Shown here: positions 51,101 through 58,256 of the stretch, one piece after another
Layout of the letters: each line of letters begins with the position of its first letter
How positions within the stretch are numbered: the stretch's first letter is position 1
Source of the DNA: Botryllus schlosseri
Taxonomy: Eukaryota
Reading direction: 5' to 3'
Length of the DNA stretch: 64,000 bases
Assembly: GCA_051294905.1 (NCBI GenBank)
Contig: CM119372.1
Coordinates: 38,628,001 to 38,692,000, forward strand
Notes under the pieces: model-generated
What the model was told of the DNA's origin: nothing
Database searches by the model: none
What the model saw: the letters and a program-made list of their open reading frames with translations, nothing else
Position numbers and translations under genes: made by a program

Positions 51101-53932
51101 ATTTCAATTCATATTTTAGAGAGCAGTGCGACGGCACCTTTCGCTCAAGACCAGTTTCACTAAATTCCGCACTCTGGACGATAGATTGTGGATTGTCAGA
51201 AATCCTACAGTTAATGCCGCGAAACTATCCAAATTCTAGCGTCAACGAAGCGGAACGAAGCATTGCTTTTCCCTGTTTACATTAGATAATATCACACAAG
51301 CAGATTGAGATTGAGAGAGAATCAGAGATGGTGCAAGTCGTCAGAGTTTGAACTAAGTAGCAGCAGAAGCAACAGCACAAATTTCGATTCGTAAGTTGAT
51401 GTTGCACTTTAACAATGAAATTGAATACCTAGTATATTCATATTGCAATGAGCCCGAATATTTTACCATCGTCAGCTAGTAGAAAATTGGAGAGAACATT
51501 GAAACTTGGACGGTATGTTGTATTGCATCGTATTCCAATTCTCTACTAGTTGACGCTGACGATTACCCCTGACGAGTGTCAGCCGAGAATATTCCACTAT
51601 ATTTCAATATGAATATACGATTCAATTGTTTATCGAAGTTATTTGAAGTTTAATATCCTCTTTGTCAACAAAGTAGGCCTACATCTCATACACGAGCAGT
51701 CGAGCACCTTTAGTTAAATTCTCCCCAATCGCACTTACAAAATATAACACCAAGTGGAAGATTAGACTCCAGCAAAATCATGATAATAAATCTGTTGAAA
51801 ATCGTGGTACCCAAGTCGAGTGACCATAAGTTAGCTGTTCACGTTTACCAATGAAGTGAGTGTCACACGCAGGTGGTCAGCAACGAAGCAGGCTTCTTCT
51901 ACTTTTTTAACAGTACCCCTACTAACGTAGAGTTTGCCTATATATGCTGCTTAGTAAACTGGTAACTGGTATGTTATCAGACTATGATTTCTACTTATGC
52001 CATACAATTTTTCTGGGAAAACTTCTTAGCCTACATTTTGGATTTGGTACAATACAGTTTCGGGATAAATGCTTGCATATGTTTCAGAGTGTCATGACAA
52101 TGAGGTCAAAGAGGCCATAAATCACAGTAACTGAAGTTATTTTCATAAATTGCACCTGTTCAAGTGTTATGTCATCAGTCAATTTGTGCGAGTCGCGGAG
52201 ATTCAACTTGCAACATCCAAAATCACCAACCTCTGATTAACGAAACGGCTGATAACTTTGGGAACCATCGATCAAAACTTCTTTTTGGAACTAGGTAGGC
52301 CTACTTACTTGAGATCAAAAAGTTCTACTTCTACACAAACAAGTTGTGACAGAATGACCTTGATAAAGCCACTTCTACTCGCAATTGAGTTGAAATTTAC
52401 AGACTCACTTCTGGCTTGTGCTTACCTGAGAGCACTCATTTTTTATTAGATAACCAGCAACAAACACAGTCACCTGACCAAACTTGGACAACTACAGTGA
52501 ATACCGTAATTTTCCATGTCTAATGCGCAAAATTTTACCGATTTTTTGCCCTAAAATAGGGGGGTGCGTATTATAGGCCTACATGGGTACAGCAAGCCTT
52601 GAAAAAAATCTCCCTCGACCAAAAACTTGAAATCACACCTTTCTTCATGTTTGTTCCCAATCGCGCATCACCTCTAGCCATCGTGCCCCGTAATTCGTAT
52701 TATAGAGTGTAACACACTGCCAAATACAGAAGCGTGTTACCAATTAACGAAAAGCATGTTGCCAATTATCGAGAGTCGTCTGCACAGCACGCGATCTCCT
52801 GCTGAGTTAGTTTGCTGTTTGTACGCGAGCGAAATTAGGTCGCTGATTGCTACAAGCGTGCGCTGCAATCCTTGCTCATTCATCGCGTAAATGACATGCT
52901 TTAACAATCACATACACAAGAGGCCATGTGCGTAAGCTATAATCGCTTGCGTAATCAGTCGGTACAACCGACATAACCGTTGGCCTGAGCAATCGCATTT
53001 GTAATTGTAATAGGCCTCGTGCGCAAGATGCCGTGTTTCGCTAGCCTGAACTATCGTGACGCCGGCCTCGCAGGCTTTGGCTACTATCTACTTTCGTTTA
53101 GAGACAATGCCGTTCATTGTATTATGATTAGCGGTGGTTATGTCACGATTGTTCGACAGTGACATCACAAAACAGAACAACATCGTGTACTGAAACACAA
53201 CTATGCATGTACTGCGAATGCAGGGTGCGTACTATACATGGGTACAGGCTTTTCCCAGAATTTACACACCATTTTAAGAGTGCGTATTATACATGTGGGC
53301 GCACTATATTCAGAAAATTACAGTAATTCTAGTTGTCTAATTACACTAATTAAAGCAAAATGCCAATGATCTAATTCAAATCTAATTCGCAACAAGTTTG
53401 TTTGCTTTAATCCTAATTCTACCCTAATTTGCGGATGTTTTTATGCACTAATTTCAATTTTCATCTAACTTGTGGTTTTCATGAAAATGCTACAGATTTC
53501 AGTGCAAATCGAGCCCAGCTAGCTGTAAACACATTTGCTCTATTCGTGACCATGAGAATGATCTCTGGTTTGATGCGGAATCAACTCGATTCAATTTTCA
53601 ATAACTCAGCAATTTTAATTTTAGAATTAGGTACCGGTAACCTAATTCACAAAAACTGTGTAGCTATAATACTAATTCGAACTTAACTTCTATTTTGTCA
53701 ACTCTGTACCTGATAGGCTGCCAGTGATACAAACGACTTGTCCTAAAACTCTTCTTAACGAGGCGTCCACGCGACGTTTCTTGCCGGTCACAAGATCGAA
53801 TTGAGCCAAGGTTTTACTACCGAGGAGAGAGATATTCTCGGACTCTTCTCCGTCCCACTGAACGTGCTTCCAACGCTTTTTCGATTTCACGTCTTTCGAA
53901 GAAACCACGTCAAGCTTCAGAGGGAATGCCAT
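1..53932 (-). CDS. CPLANE1: Ciliogenesis and planar polarity effector 1 (CPLANE1/C5orf42/JBTS17), multi-exon gene; 3' end may lie beyond the window
   Basis: Exon peptides match recalled CPLANE1 motifs in the expected order: KKRWKHVQWDG, GNLFRW, WSRNGTTLAVAVNQRKPSATK, SFWITGLSWTADHLFLAC, FGPGNFLPL, HPTLKLLLCADGYSV, AWRLLYK, GDWRTS, FREICAILWFFHVRDK. About 32 exons join through GT-AG sites with consistent phases (listed individually). Confidence 0.9.
197..331 (-). CDS. CPLANE1: Probable CPLANE1 exon 31 (donor uncertain)
   Basis: tcgcag|PDNVDERMRDAMQPLHELQSEK...; weak phase-2 donor AA|GTACTC. Confidence 0.45.
796..2976. mobile_element. hAT-like non-autonomous element with GGCTCC subterminal repeats
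   Basis: CAGGGCTTTGGAGC ... GCTCCAAAGCCCTA TIR; TSD not conserved. Confidence 0.55.
932..1626. mobile_element. hAT (Charlie-like) MITE
   Basis: CAGTGG...CCACTT ends with gtggcccgc subterminal motifs; perfect 8-bp TSD GTCTATAT. Confidence 0.78.
3246..3333 (-). CDS. CPLANE1: CPLANE1 exon 30
   Basis: ccgcag|SLLSSLSWNELEAMVNG...|GTTAGT; phase 1-2. Read-through would give TGA at 3233-3235. Confidence 0.62.
3760..4583 (+). mobile_element. Possible Chapaev-3 (CMC) transposon relic
   Basis: Right end ...gtgatattcgtaatcagcaac...ttgttggccagtg; SFIYYISGEIT resembles the FCYICGE motif; left end not found. Confidence 0.35.
4686..5546 (+). mobile_element. hAT deletion derivative with transposase C-terminal fragment
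   Basis: TAGGGC...GCCCTA termini; perfect TSD GTAATAAC; QPTTAAVERSFS dimerisation-domain motif. Confidence 0.85.
5731..5814 (-). CDS. CPLANE1: CPLANE1 exon 29
   Basis: tgccag|YGPSIVEEDRHSERLLTP...LDE|GTAAGT; phase 1-1. Confidence 0.65.
6143..7533. mobile_element. piggyBac-type non-autonomous element
   Basis: TTAA|CCCTTTG...CAAAGGG|TTAA; subterminal palindrome CCAGTATACTGG; internally homologous to 24943-26346. Confidence 0.82.
7741..7877 (-). CDS. CPLANE1: CPLANE1 exon 28
   Basis: cacaag|GMDMARTYDVEK...DEAFSLA|GTGTGT; phase 2-1. Confidence 0.62.
8514..8623 (-). CDS. CPLANE1: CPLANE1 exon 27
   Basis: atgtag|NMRRSTTPTGLPSPAMSG...SDLI|GTGAGT; phase 0-2. Confidence 0.65.
8826..8900 (-). mobile_element. 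Small PLE pLTR fragment
   Basis: ttgaaatgaactcggatattttcagctgacactcgacagggg...actagtagagaat. Confidence 0.6.
9028..9099 (-). CDS. CPLANE1: CPLANE1 exon 26
   Basis: ttacag|VYNEPVERTASSSPAVHFAPSMAQ|GTAAGG; phase 0-0. Confidence 0.65.
10475..10884 (-). mobile_element. Short PLE 3'-end insertion with hammerhead motif (10538-10569)
   Basis: Homologous to about 22265-22675 with an internal deletion; flanked by the 10-bp direct repeat AAATATTCAA (10465-10474 and 10885-10894). Confidence 0.85.
11000..11280 (-). mobile_element. PLE pLTR derivative with inverted tail; hammerhead motif at 11025-11056
   Basis: pLTR homology 11000-11210, then an inverted copy of the pLTR terminus (aatatactattcaat...gaagttctg). 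Confidence 0.75.
12123..12285 (-). CDS. CPLANE1: CPLANE1 exon 25
   Basis: tcacag|QIPSRLDRHG...LEEEMK|GTATTT; phase 2-0. Confidence 0.7.
12335..12552. mobile_element. Palindromic double-pLTR PLE relic
   Basis: ctgacactgatcagaggtaatcgtcagc followed by inverted gctgacgattacctcagacaagtgtcag. Confidence 0.72.
12556..13078. mobile_element. hAT MITE, GACTCGAGTC family
   Basis: CAGGGTTGTAA...TTACAATCCTG; homologous (inverted) to 37430-38018 and 27650-28095. Confidence 0.78.
13145..13848. mobile_element. Tc1/pogo-type MITE (short deletion form)
   Basis: TA|CCGTAAACCGGGGTAACTTTGGAC...GTCCAAAGTTACCCCGGTTTACGG|TA. Confidence 0.87.
13996..14093 (-). CDS. CPLANE1: CPLANE1 exon 24
   Basis: ttccag|LMWREAGQQTEDVDNRVDTGVGP...|GTAAGT; phase 0-2. 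Confidence 0.7.
14392..14513 (-). CDS. CPLANE1: CPLANE1 exon 23
   Basis: ttgcag|PEEKIEIPKELIP...IVDHEK|GTAGGA; phase 1-0. Confidence 0.7.
14528..14850 (-). mobile_element. PLE 3'-end fragment with hammerhead motif (14596-14629)
   Basis: Homologous to about 22260-22580; encodes the GIY-YIG C-terminus ...LCALESTFIKIHQP...HLKIVH. Confidence 0.85.
15020..15203 (-). CDS. CPLANE1: CPLANE1 exon 22
   Basis: tttcag|SVVPMAKALPLL...VIVP|GTAGGC; phase 0-1. Confidence 0.72.
15427..16214 (-). CDS. CPLANE1: CPLANE1 exon 21
   Basis: attaag|LQSDIIADG then the 254-aa ORF; donor CAG|GTATTG; phase 1-0. Confidence 0.8.
16279..16339 (-). CDS. CPLANE1: CPLANE1 exon 20
   Basis: tttcag|EPQNNVTTELSQSVTSANST|GTAATG; phase 0-1. 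Confidence 0.65.
16750..16778 (-). CDS. CPLANE1: CPLANE1 exon 19 (29-nt micro-exon)
   Basis: ttacag|DSMQRKNDE|GTAGGT; phase 1-0, bridges exons 18 and 20. Confidence 0.6.
17569..17689 (-). CDS. CPLANE1: CPLANE1 exon 18
   Basis: ttgcag|EEQTAEERTESPVEEK...GQL|GTATGT; phase 0-1. Confidence 0.7.
17820..17921 (-). CDS. CPLANE1: CPLANE1 exon 17
   Basis: ctacag|NEDKYVASPQ...MRGQ|GTGAAC; phase 0-0. Confidence 0.65.
18253..19051. mobile_element. Tc1/mariner-type MITE, CCGTAATTTTCC family
   Basis: TA|CCGTGATTTTCC...GGAAAATTACGG|TA with gggtgcgtattatacatgg repeats. Confidence 0.83.
19192..19263 (-). CDS. CPLANE1: CPLANE1 exon 16
   Basis: tcacag|DVTSAFTSEAAESVHEAMHSEMTD|GTAAGG; phase 0-0. Confidence 0.7.
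19674..21765 (-). CDS. CPLANE1: CPLANE1 exon 15 (2.1-kb exon, conserved central region)
   Basis: ttgcag|SQSLDDSWTLNNAV...GDWRTSFV then the 664-aa ORF including FREICAILWFFHVRDK; donor GAG|GTGAGA; phase 2-0. Confidence 0.92.
22328..22359 (-). ncRNA. Minimal hammerhead ribozyme motif in the PLE 3' pLTR
   Basis: Exact reverse complement of the 24183-24214 motif. Confidence 0.75.
22463..23800 (-). pseudogene. PLE reverse transcriptase/GIY-YIG ORF, disabled
   Basis: In-frame TGA just before YVDD (about 23454), a frameshift near 23300, and TAA at 22537 where the inverted copy has TCA. Confidence 0.88.
24183..24214 (+). ncRNA. Minimal type-I hammerhead ribozyme motif in the PLE pLTR
   Basis: ccc-CUGACGA-G(ugucagc)C-GAAA-AUAU-UC-ggg: complete core, 1-bp stem II, palindromic AAUAUU stem III, UUC cleavage triplet. 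Confidence 0.75.
24943..26346. mobile_element. piggyBac-type non-autonomous element with tRNA-like cassette
   Basis: TTAA|CCCT..CCCGCGG...CCGCGGGAGTAGGG|TTAA; subterminal palindrome GGATCCTAGAGGATCC. Confidence 0.82.
26201..26288 (+). pseudogene. tRNA-derived sequence with Pol III A box and B box
   Basis: A box TAGCTCAGTTGG 26210-26221, B box GGTTCAAGTCC 26263-26273, TTTT at 26285; acceptor stem does not pair. Confidence 0.6.
26752..26923 (-). CDS. CPLANE1: CPLANE1 exon 14
   Basis: tttcag|EKWLPVEVLGRTMSSYFTG...LQQRKITTAI|GTGCGG; phase 1-2. Confidence 0.8.
27407..27623 (-). CDS. CPLANE1: CPLANE1 exon 13
   Basis: ctacag|AFPKADLFVSHLQKRL...KKWT|GTATGA; phase 0-1. Confidence 0.75.
27650..28095. 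mobile_element. hAT MITE, GACTCGAGTC family
   Basis: TAGGTTTGTAA...TTACAACCCTG; homology to 37430-38018. Confidence 0.72.
28272..28386 (-). CDS. CPLANE1: CPLANE1 exon 12
   Basis: ttccag|RHSDVVLG...FINAWRLLYKMTTK|GTAGGA; phase 2-0. Confidence 0.78.
29400..29592. mobile_element. Palindromic pLTR PLE relic
   Basis: ggctgacactcgtcaggggta...aatcgtatc followed by an inverted, degenerate pLTR end. Confidence 0.68.
29618..29940 (-). CDS. CPLANE1: CPLANE1 exon 11
   Basis: ttcaag|VQDIADILPDD...LADQS|GTAGGC; phase 0-2. Confidence 0.78.
30659..30864 (-). CDS. CPLANE1: CPLANE1 exon 10
   Basis: ttgcag|EPRFLVQDL...YCDILLQ|GTAAAG; phase 1-0. Confidence 0.75.
31275..31354 (-). CDS. CPLANE1: CPLANE1 exon 9
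   Basis: tttcag|MEDLDESQFNQSLGRENSIVKDNSIQ|GTAGGC; phase 2-1, needed to bridge exons 8 and 10. Confidence 0.7.
31690..31830 (+). mobile_element. Degenerate PLE pLTR fragment
   Basis: gatatacaatg...gctgacgattacccctgatg...tttcaatatgaat homology. Confidence 0.65.
32341..32531 (-). CDS. CPLANE1: CPLANE1 exon 8
   Basis: tctaag|VNVLEPLSYF...LISA|GTAAGT; phase 0-2. Confidence 0.75.
33431..34293 (+). mobile_element. Second copy of the 4686-5546 hAT element
   Basis: Full-length homology; TSD atgataac / ctaataac. Confidence 0.85.
34315..34576 (-). CDS. CPLANE1: CPLANE1 exon 7
   Basis: ccag|PAVDTK...HPTLKLLLCADGYSVAVLKL...GLQ|GTGAAC; phase 2-0. Confidence 0.85.
35111..35311 (-). CDS. CPLANE1: CPLANE1 exon 6
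   Basis: GPCYRSFWITGLSWTADHLFLAC...FGPGNFLPL|GTAAGG; an in-phase alternative acceptor would start the exon at 35296. Confidence 0.85.
35471..35821. repeat. Palindromic MITE family (GGGTTGTTCAAAAATAAC ends, AAATTTGGCTCAATTCCAACC core)
   Basis: Related degenerate copies at about 7978-8300, 11290-11650, 21830-22110, 36092-36670, 54413-54933 and 58383-58650. Confidence 0.6.
36787..36951 (-). CDS. CPLANE1: CPLANE1 exon 5
   Basis: ttacag|YRDSLIPCWSRNGTTLAVAVNQRKPSATK...|GTTAGT; phase 2-2. Confidence 0.85.
37430..38018. mobile_element. hAT MITE, GACTCGAGTC family
   Basis: CAGGGTTGT...ACAACCCTG; perfect TSD CTTTTTTG; 16-bp internal tandem repeat at 37439-37496. Confidence 0.85.
38100..38908. mobile_element. 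Tc1/mariner-type MITE, CCGTAATTTTCC family
   Basis: Inverted homologue of 18253-19051. Confidence 0.83.
39321..41523. mobile_element. Tc1/mariner-type MITE, CCGTAATTTTCC family, interrupted by 39859-41150
   Basis: Homology to the other copies resumes after 41152. Confidence 0.8.
39859..41150. mobile_element. Tc1/pogo-type MITE (long form of 13145-13848), nested
   Basis: Same TIRs and TA TSD; about 590 bp of extra internal sequence. Confidence 0.87.
41713..44868 (+). mobile_element. Sola2-type DNA transposon (deletion derivative) with about 575-bp TIRs
   Basis: GGG...CCC termini with a perfect terminal IR GGGTCAGATCATGTCAGGTGAT; imperfect IRs 41713-42287 and about 44284-44868; 4-bp TSD AGTT; transposase motifs DFADNY, GDG, SHGKSPCDGIGG. 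Confidence 0.85.
42288..43898 (+). pseudogene. Sola2-like DDD transposase, N-terminally deleted and frameshifted
   Basis: ORFs 42245-43204 and 43122-43898 switch frame right after FGDG; C-terminal YDENWYIG...FHWP domain. Confidence 0.8.
45183..45343 (-). CDS. CPLANE1: CPLANE1 exon 4
   Basis: ttcaag|VIGKQCRSAFASFSG...PLVHV|GTGAGG; phase 0-2. Confidence 0.8.
46692..46885 (-). CDS. CPLANE1: CPLANE1 exon 3
   Basis: tcacag|LRKVKLFVSDDGSTILL...VFYNDE|GTATGT; phase 1-0. Confidence 0.85.
47904..48029 (-). CDS. CPLANE1: CPLANE1 exon 2
   Basis: ttacag|GAYIVGLRQDGNLFRWRK...|GTATGT; phase 1-1. Confidence 0.85.
48181..51262. mobile_element. MITE (about 0.5 kb) interrupted by the hATm element; superfamily unassigned
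   Basis: About 90-bp imperfect TIRs TGCCTCGTTCCGCTTCG... / ...CGAAGCGGAACGAAGCA. Confidence 0.65.
48291..50880 (+). mobile_element. hAT (hATm-like) fold-back element with about 1.1-kb inverted arms
   Basis: TAGGGTG...CACCCTA termini; perfect 8-bp TSD CTGGTCAT; transposase remnants EHPENILLGML (49681) and HPCHNQAVERHVTVVTEAS (50015). Confidence 0.88.
51419..51640. mobile_element. Palindromic pLTR PLE relic
   Basis: pLTR fragment followed by an inverted copy containing cccCTGACGAgtgtcagccGAGA (GAAA mutated). Confidence 0.7.
52504..53323. mobile_element. Tc1/mariner-type MITE, CCGTAATTTTCC family
   Basis: TA|CCGTAATTTTCC...GAAAATTACAG|TA; homologue of 18253-19051. Confidence 0.83.
53710..53932 (-). 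CDS. CPLANE1: CPLANE1 coding exon 1
   Basis: ATG at 53932, MAFPLKLDVVSSKDVKSKKRWKHVQWDGEE...SLSG; donor CAG|GTACAG, phase 1. Confidence 0.88.
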
Positions 53933-55372
53933 TGTTCACGCTGGGCCATACGCATCAGCGGTATTCCGATGGGTAAGATACGATATCCTACACCGCTGCA
54001 AAGTCACAAACGCATCAAACGTGTGAATGATAAAATGAAAAGAAGCCTACGACGCAAACGACGCAAATTCAAAGAATTTCTCCAAAAAATCAGATTTGAG
54101 ACCCAAACATATCTGAAATCGAAATGTTTTCAGATATCCGAATCATACTGGGTGAAAACTTTTTGACGAAGACTACGTATCACGAAAATGCAGGTACCAC
54201 AATTTTGCTACCAATTCTGGCCAATACCATGTCACATCTTATAGATATAATTAAGTTCAAAACGTGTCACAATAATAACAGAACTGTTCACAAACAATGC
54301 GTAACCTAAACACACTTTCTTGGAAAATATATGAAGAAGTAATTTTCAGTCACGAAATTGACAATCGTGAGAAAAATATAGGACCCAGCTGATTGGAAAA
54401 TGTGTTACAAAAGGGTTGTTGCTAATGTGGGCTACGTTAAGGCTGTGCAAAAAAAATTTTTTTTCAATTTTGCTGGCTAGCCTACTCGATAAAATTGTTG
54501 GGATGTCTGGAAAAAACGATGTCCAACAAATTTGGCTCAATTCAAACGGGTAAAAGCGAGGTTATTGATATTCAAAATTTCAAAGCATAGTAATTACGGT
54601 GGGTAGGTCTGTAATAAATAATAATTAAAGAATTTTCCACCACTATTTTTCCCAATTCCAAAATTTTGGACTCCAATAAGTTCGCTTCTACTGGTTGGAA
54701 TTAAGTCAAATTTGACGTGCATTATTTTTTCAGACATCCTAACAATTTTGTGGGGTAGTCGGTAATATTTTTAAAAGAATTACATTTATTTTTACCCAAT
54801 AAATCCAAAACTTATTTCTCTTATATCATAGGTTGGAATTGAGCCGAAGGGTGAGCAGTGTTTTTTTAGTTAACCTAACCATTTATCAAGTAGTCCTTAA
54901 AACTTTAAAAAAAAGTTATTTTTGAACAGCCCTATTGTATTCATACGTGTGGTGGCTCAGGGGAATGTGCACAAAGCTAATCAAGTAAGATTAGCATACG
55001 CAGGTGTTAAAACATACCCAATAGTTAAAGATGGAATAGGCTGTTGATGTTAGGTGGGATAGTGGCAGGAAAGTAGGATCACAAAATAATCGCTTGAAAA
55101 AAATTCATGTCCTTTAATGACAAATTGTAAACATGAACAGGTAACTTGTGTACAAAACTCCCCAGACACATGAACAATGGCAAAGTATATTAAACAAAAT
55201 TACATGAGTAACTCAACTACCATACCGGTATGTAAAAATGAAATAATCCTGTTCAGAGCCCACCGTACAGTCGGATATTGTATGTTACAATTCGTAACAA
55301 AGACAGTTCAGTAATGGCCAGAAATGTCGCATGTCATGTAACAAAAAAGAGAATGGAAAAGGTAGTAGGCCT

Positions 55373-56304
55373 CAGTGTTGGGATGACTGGAGTCATGACT
55401 TGACTCGAGTCAACTTTTTCATATGACTTGACTTGACTCGAGTTACTTTGGAAAAATGACTTCACTTGACTTGACTCGGAGCTTCAAAAATGTGCATTGT
55501 TCGTGACTCGGAGCAAAATTTACGAGTCAATTTCAAGTCATTAAGTAAGCGGTGTCGAATAAATCACTGTGTCTTGTGTATGATCGGATTGTTCGAGATA
55601 CGCCGGTGTCACTTGTAAGAACAACCAGTCATTCACTGATTGTACGTTACAAGGTTCCTCCATTGTTAGATCACAAATGAATTGACCGCAAAGCAGAAAA
55701 TTAAACTAAATAGCACTGTGTCTCTGTTTCTTAGACGGCTCAATGCTTACGTTGCGCAGTGCTCACATTTACCGATTCTCTAGTATGATTTAAATCGAAC
55801 GAATATATTGTGTGCGTTTATATTCTCACGTTTGTGGAGATGGGTAGTGTAGGCTATTGCATCATATCAATTTGTTTCAATTTCTCGAAGCTTCGTATTG
55901 GGTCCTATATTTTGGATGTTAAGAACTGACTGTAGTATGTAGCTGTACAGTTACTCACGTACTTTATTAGCAGTTCTACCTGTGCGTTAGGGATACACCG
56001 TCTTCTAGCATGTATATTTAACTAGATATTAGTTATTTGATTAAGATAAATGCTGTCTTTCACACAGCTATCAAAATGTAATGACTTTGAATCATCACTC
56101 ATACTTCAAAAATTCAATTTGACTTGAATTGTGACTTGACTCGTGACTTGACTCGACTTGACTCGAGTCACTTCCAAAAAACGAGTGACTTGACTTGACT
56201 CGAGTCACCTTTGAAAATCGATTGACTTGACTTGACTCGAGTCAAAATCTGCAATGACTCGAGATGACTCGTGACTCGAAGGTAGTGACTTGATCCCAAC
56301 ACTG
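55373..56304. mobile_element. hAT MITE with GACTTGACTCGAGTC subterminal repeats
   Basis: CAGTGTTGGGAT...ATCCCAACACTG; perfect TSD GTAGGCCT. Confidence 0.87.
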
Positions 56305-56984
56305 GTAGGCCTACTATCATCGACCGAGGAAGACATAAAACTCCAAGCAGATGCATAAAAAATTCTGAAAGGTCAGAAACAAGCTCCATTTTGTCGACAT
56401 CCTAATCCGGTATTGATGAATAAAGAAGACGGGCTTTCACACAAATCTGCCAATGCCCTGATTCTAAACAAAGTCAAATTCGTGAGCGAGGAAAAAGCCA
56501 AATAAAAAAGGGTTCACATTTTAGCCGCGTCCAATCATGGGATAGGACAATAAGAGTGGTTGGAATAATCCAGACCTGCAACTATGTTGGCCAAAGCCAC
56601 TGAGCAAGGACGAAGCTAAACCAAGGAACGCACACATTCAGGCCTAATCGTGATGAAGAATTGATCAAAAACTTCCCAACTGTTTTGTTTTATTTGAGTG
56701 TAATACCTTGTAGCCCTTACTGTATGTAGCCTATTGTTTACGACCCCACCCAAAGTCTTCATTGCCTGTAAAACGTAAATTGCAAATCATTATAAACATT
56801 TGGAAAGCAGTACAAATTTACGAGCCGGTGAGACCATTTTTCAAAATGCGACAATTCATAATCAATATATATGTGATACTAGACCGAGTGTGGATTACCA
56901 AATCTACTCGAAACCCAAGTGAGTCAAGGTATTTGCATTTCAACACAGTGTTACCCAAGACCGTTAAGCACCTTACTATCTAGC

Positions 56985-58256
56985 CTACTGTTTACTTCCC
57001 CAGTCCAAAGCCCGCACAAATTCCTCCTCGGTAAAAGACAGCAATTTTGTGGCCTCCACGTGAAGTATCTGCCTTTTCAAAATGCTAATCAGCTTCTGCT
57101 GCTTCTTAAAAACGGTATTCATCTCAGTCTTGAGCCTCTCCAGACGTTTATTATCCGTGCGCAAACGGTCCATCTCTTTACGGTCGTTCACCGCGGTTTC
57201 CTTATTCGAACTTCGGTCTTTTTGCAATTGGGACTTGTATCTTTCCGCGTCTTCCAACGCGCGGTTTAGACGTACTTCAGTCGCATTGTGAGCTACAGAC
57301 GCCTGCTTTTGATCACGTTTTAACAGGTCTAATTCTTTACGCAAGTTTTGAACTTGCACCGTAAAAGATTCAGACTTGCGTCTCTCCTCCTCCAACATTT
57401 TTTTTTGCTTTTCGATTTGAGCCTGCATTGCGTTACTGTTTTTCAGCAGACGCGCCTGTTCCTCAGCACCACTTTTGAGTGACTGGCTCAGTTTTTTGCG
57501 TTCTTCTACCCCAGAACGGCATTCCTGAGATAATTTCTCCGCCTCTTCCTGTACGACACGCAATTTCGCTTTCAAAAACCTTATTTGAGCCTCTGAACCC
57601 ATTTCAGCCGCAGCCCCAGGTAAAATATCGTCGTCAATAATGTCCCGTTCAGACACATCCCCTAGATTTTGTTCGATGTTAGAAATGGCTCCGTCCAACG
57701 TAAATTTTGACATAAAATCAGAAGGTAAAGCCACGTCGTTGGCAGGTTTTGATTTGCGCGACCCAGCGCTACTCAATTGCCGTTTCCCAGTTTTTTTACC
57801 AACATTACTAGAACTTGTCGTGTGTCGCGATGGCACTCTACCCGAATTAGGGCGTCTGCTCGAGCCTGTACTTTTAGTGCTCCTAGATGACACTCGGCCA
57901 GAGGTTACCTTTGTATCATCACTGCCTTCATACTCATCAGCATCGACTAGATCTAATAATCCTTTGATGCTGCTCGCGGGGTATTCGTTCAAATTAGTTT
58001 CTTTGTGTGATTTTTCTGTAGTAATATCGTCACTGTCGGTGTCGTCGTAAGATTTATGCGGCGATTCTCTCAAAAAATGTTCCTGTTCGGTCATAATAGC
58101 GTCGGCTTCTTTCACTAGCGCAGCCGTTTTAGCCTCTAACTCCGCGTTCAATCTCTTGTACTCTTCCTCTTGCTCCAAAAGACTGGGTTTCGGCTTTGCT
58201 TGGGAGGACGCATCGCTCTTTCCACTTTGGACGTGATTCTTGTTTCTTGAAGACAT
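56985..58256 (-). CDS. TEX9: Testis-expressed protein 9 (coiled-coil centriolar/ciliary protein), single coding exon
   Basis: 423-aa ORF with EEEYKRLNAELEAKTA, GSEAQIRFLKAKL, ATEVRLNRALE and C-terminal KLLSFTEEEFVRALDWG, matching recalled TEX9 motifs. Confidence 0.93.
   Translation of the reverse strand: MSSRNKNHVQSGKSDASSQAKPKPSLLEQEEEYKRLNAELEAKTAALVKEADAIMTEQEHFLRESPHKSYDDTDSDDITTEKSHKETNLNEYPASSIKGLLDLVDADEYEGSDDTKVTSGRVSSRSTKSTGSSRRPNSGRVPSRHTTSSSNVGKKTGKRQLSSAGSRKSKPANDVALPSDFMSKFTLDGAISNIEQNLGDVSERDIIDDDILPGAAAEMGSEAQIRFLKAKLRVVQEEAEKLSQECRSGVEERKKLSQSLKSGAEEQARLLKNSNAMQAQIEKQKKMLEEERRKSESFTVQVQNLRKELDLLKRDQKQASVAHNATEVRLNRALEDAERYKSQLQKDRSSNKETAVNDRKEMDRLRTDNKRLERLKTEMNTVFKKQQKLISILKRQILHVEATKLLSFTEEEFVRALDWGSKQ

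Noticed and set aside
56919..58050. Plus-strand ORFs opposite TEX9
   Set aside because: Antisense shadows with no recognisable motifs.
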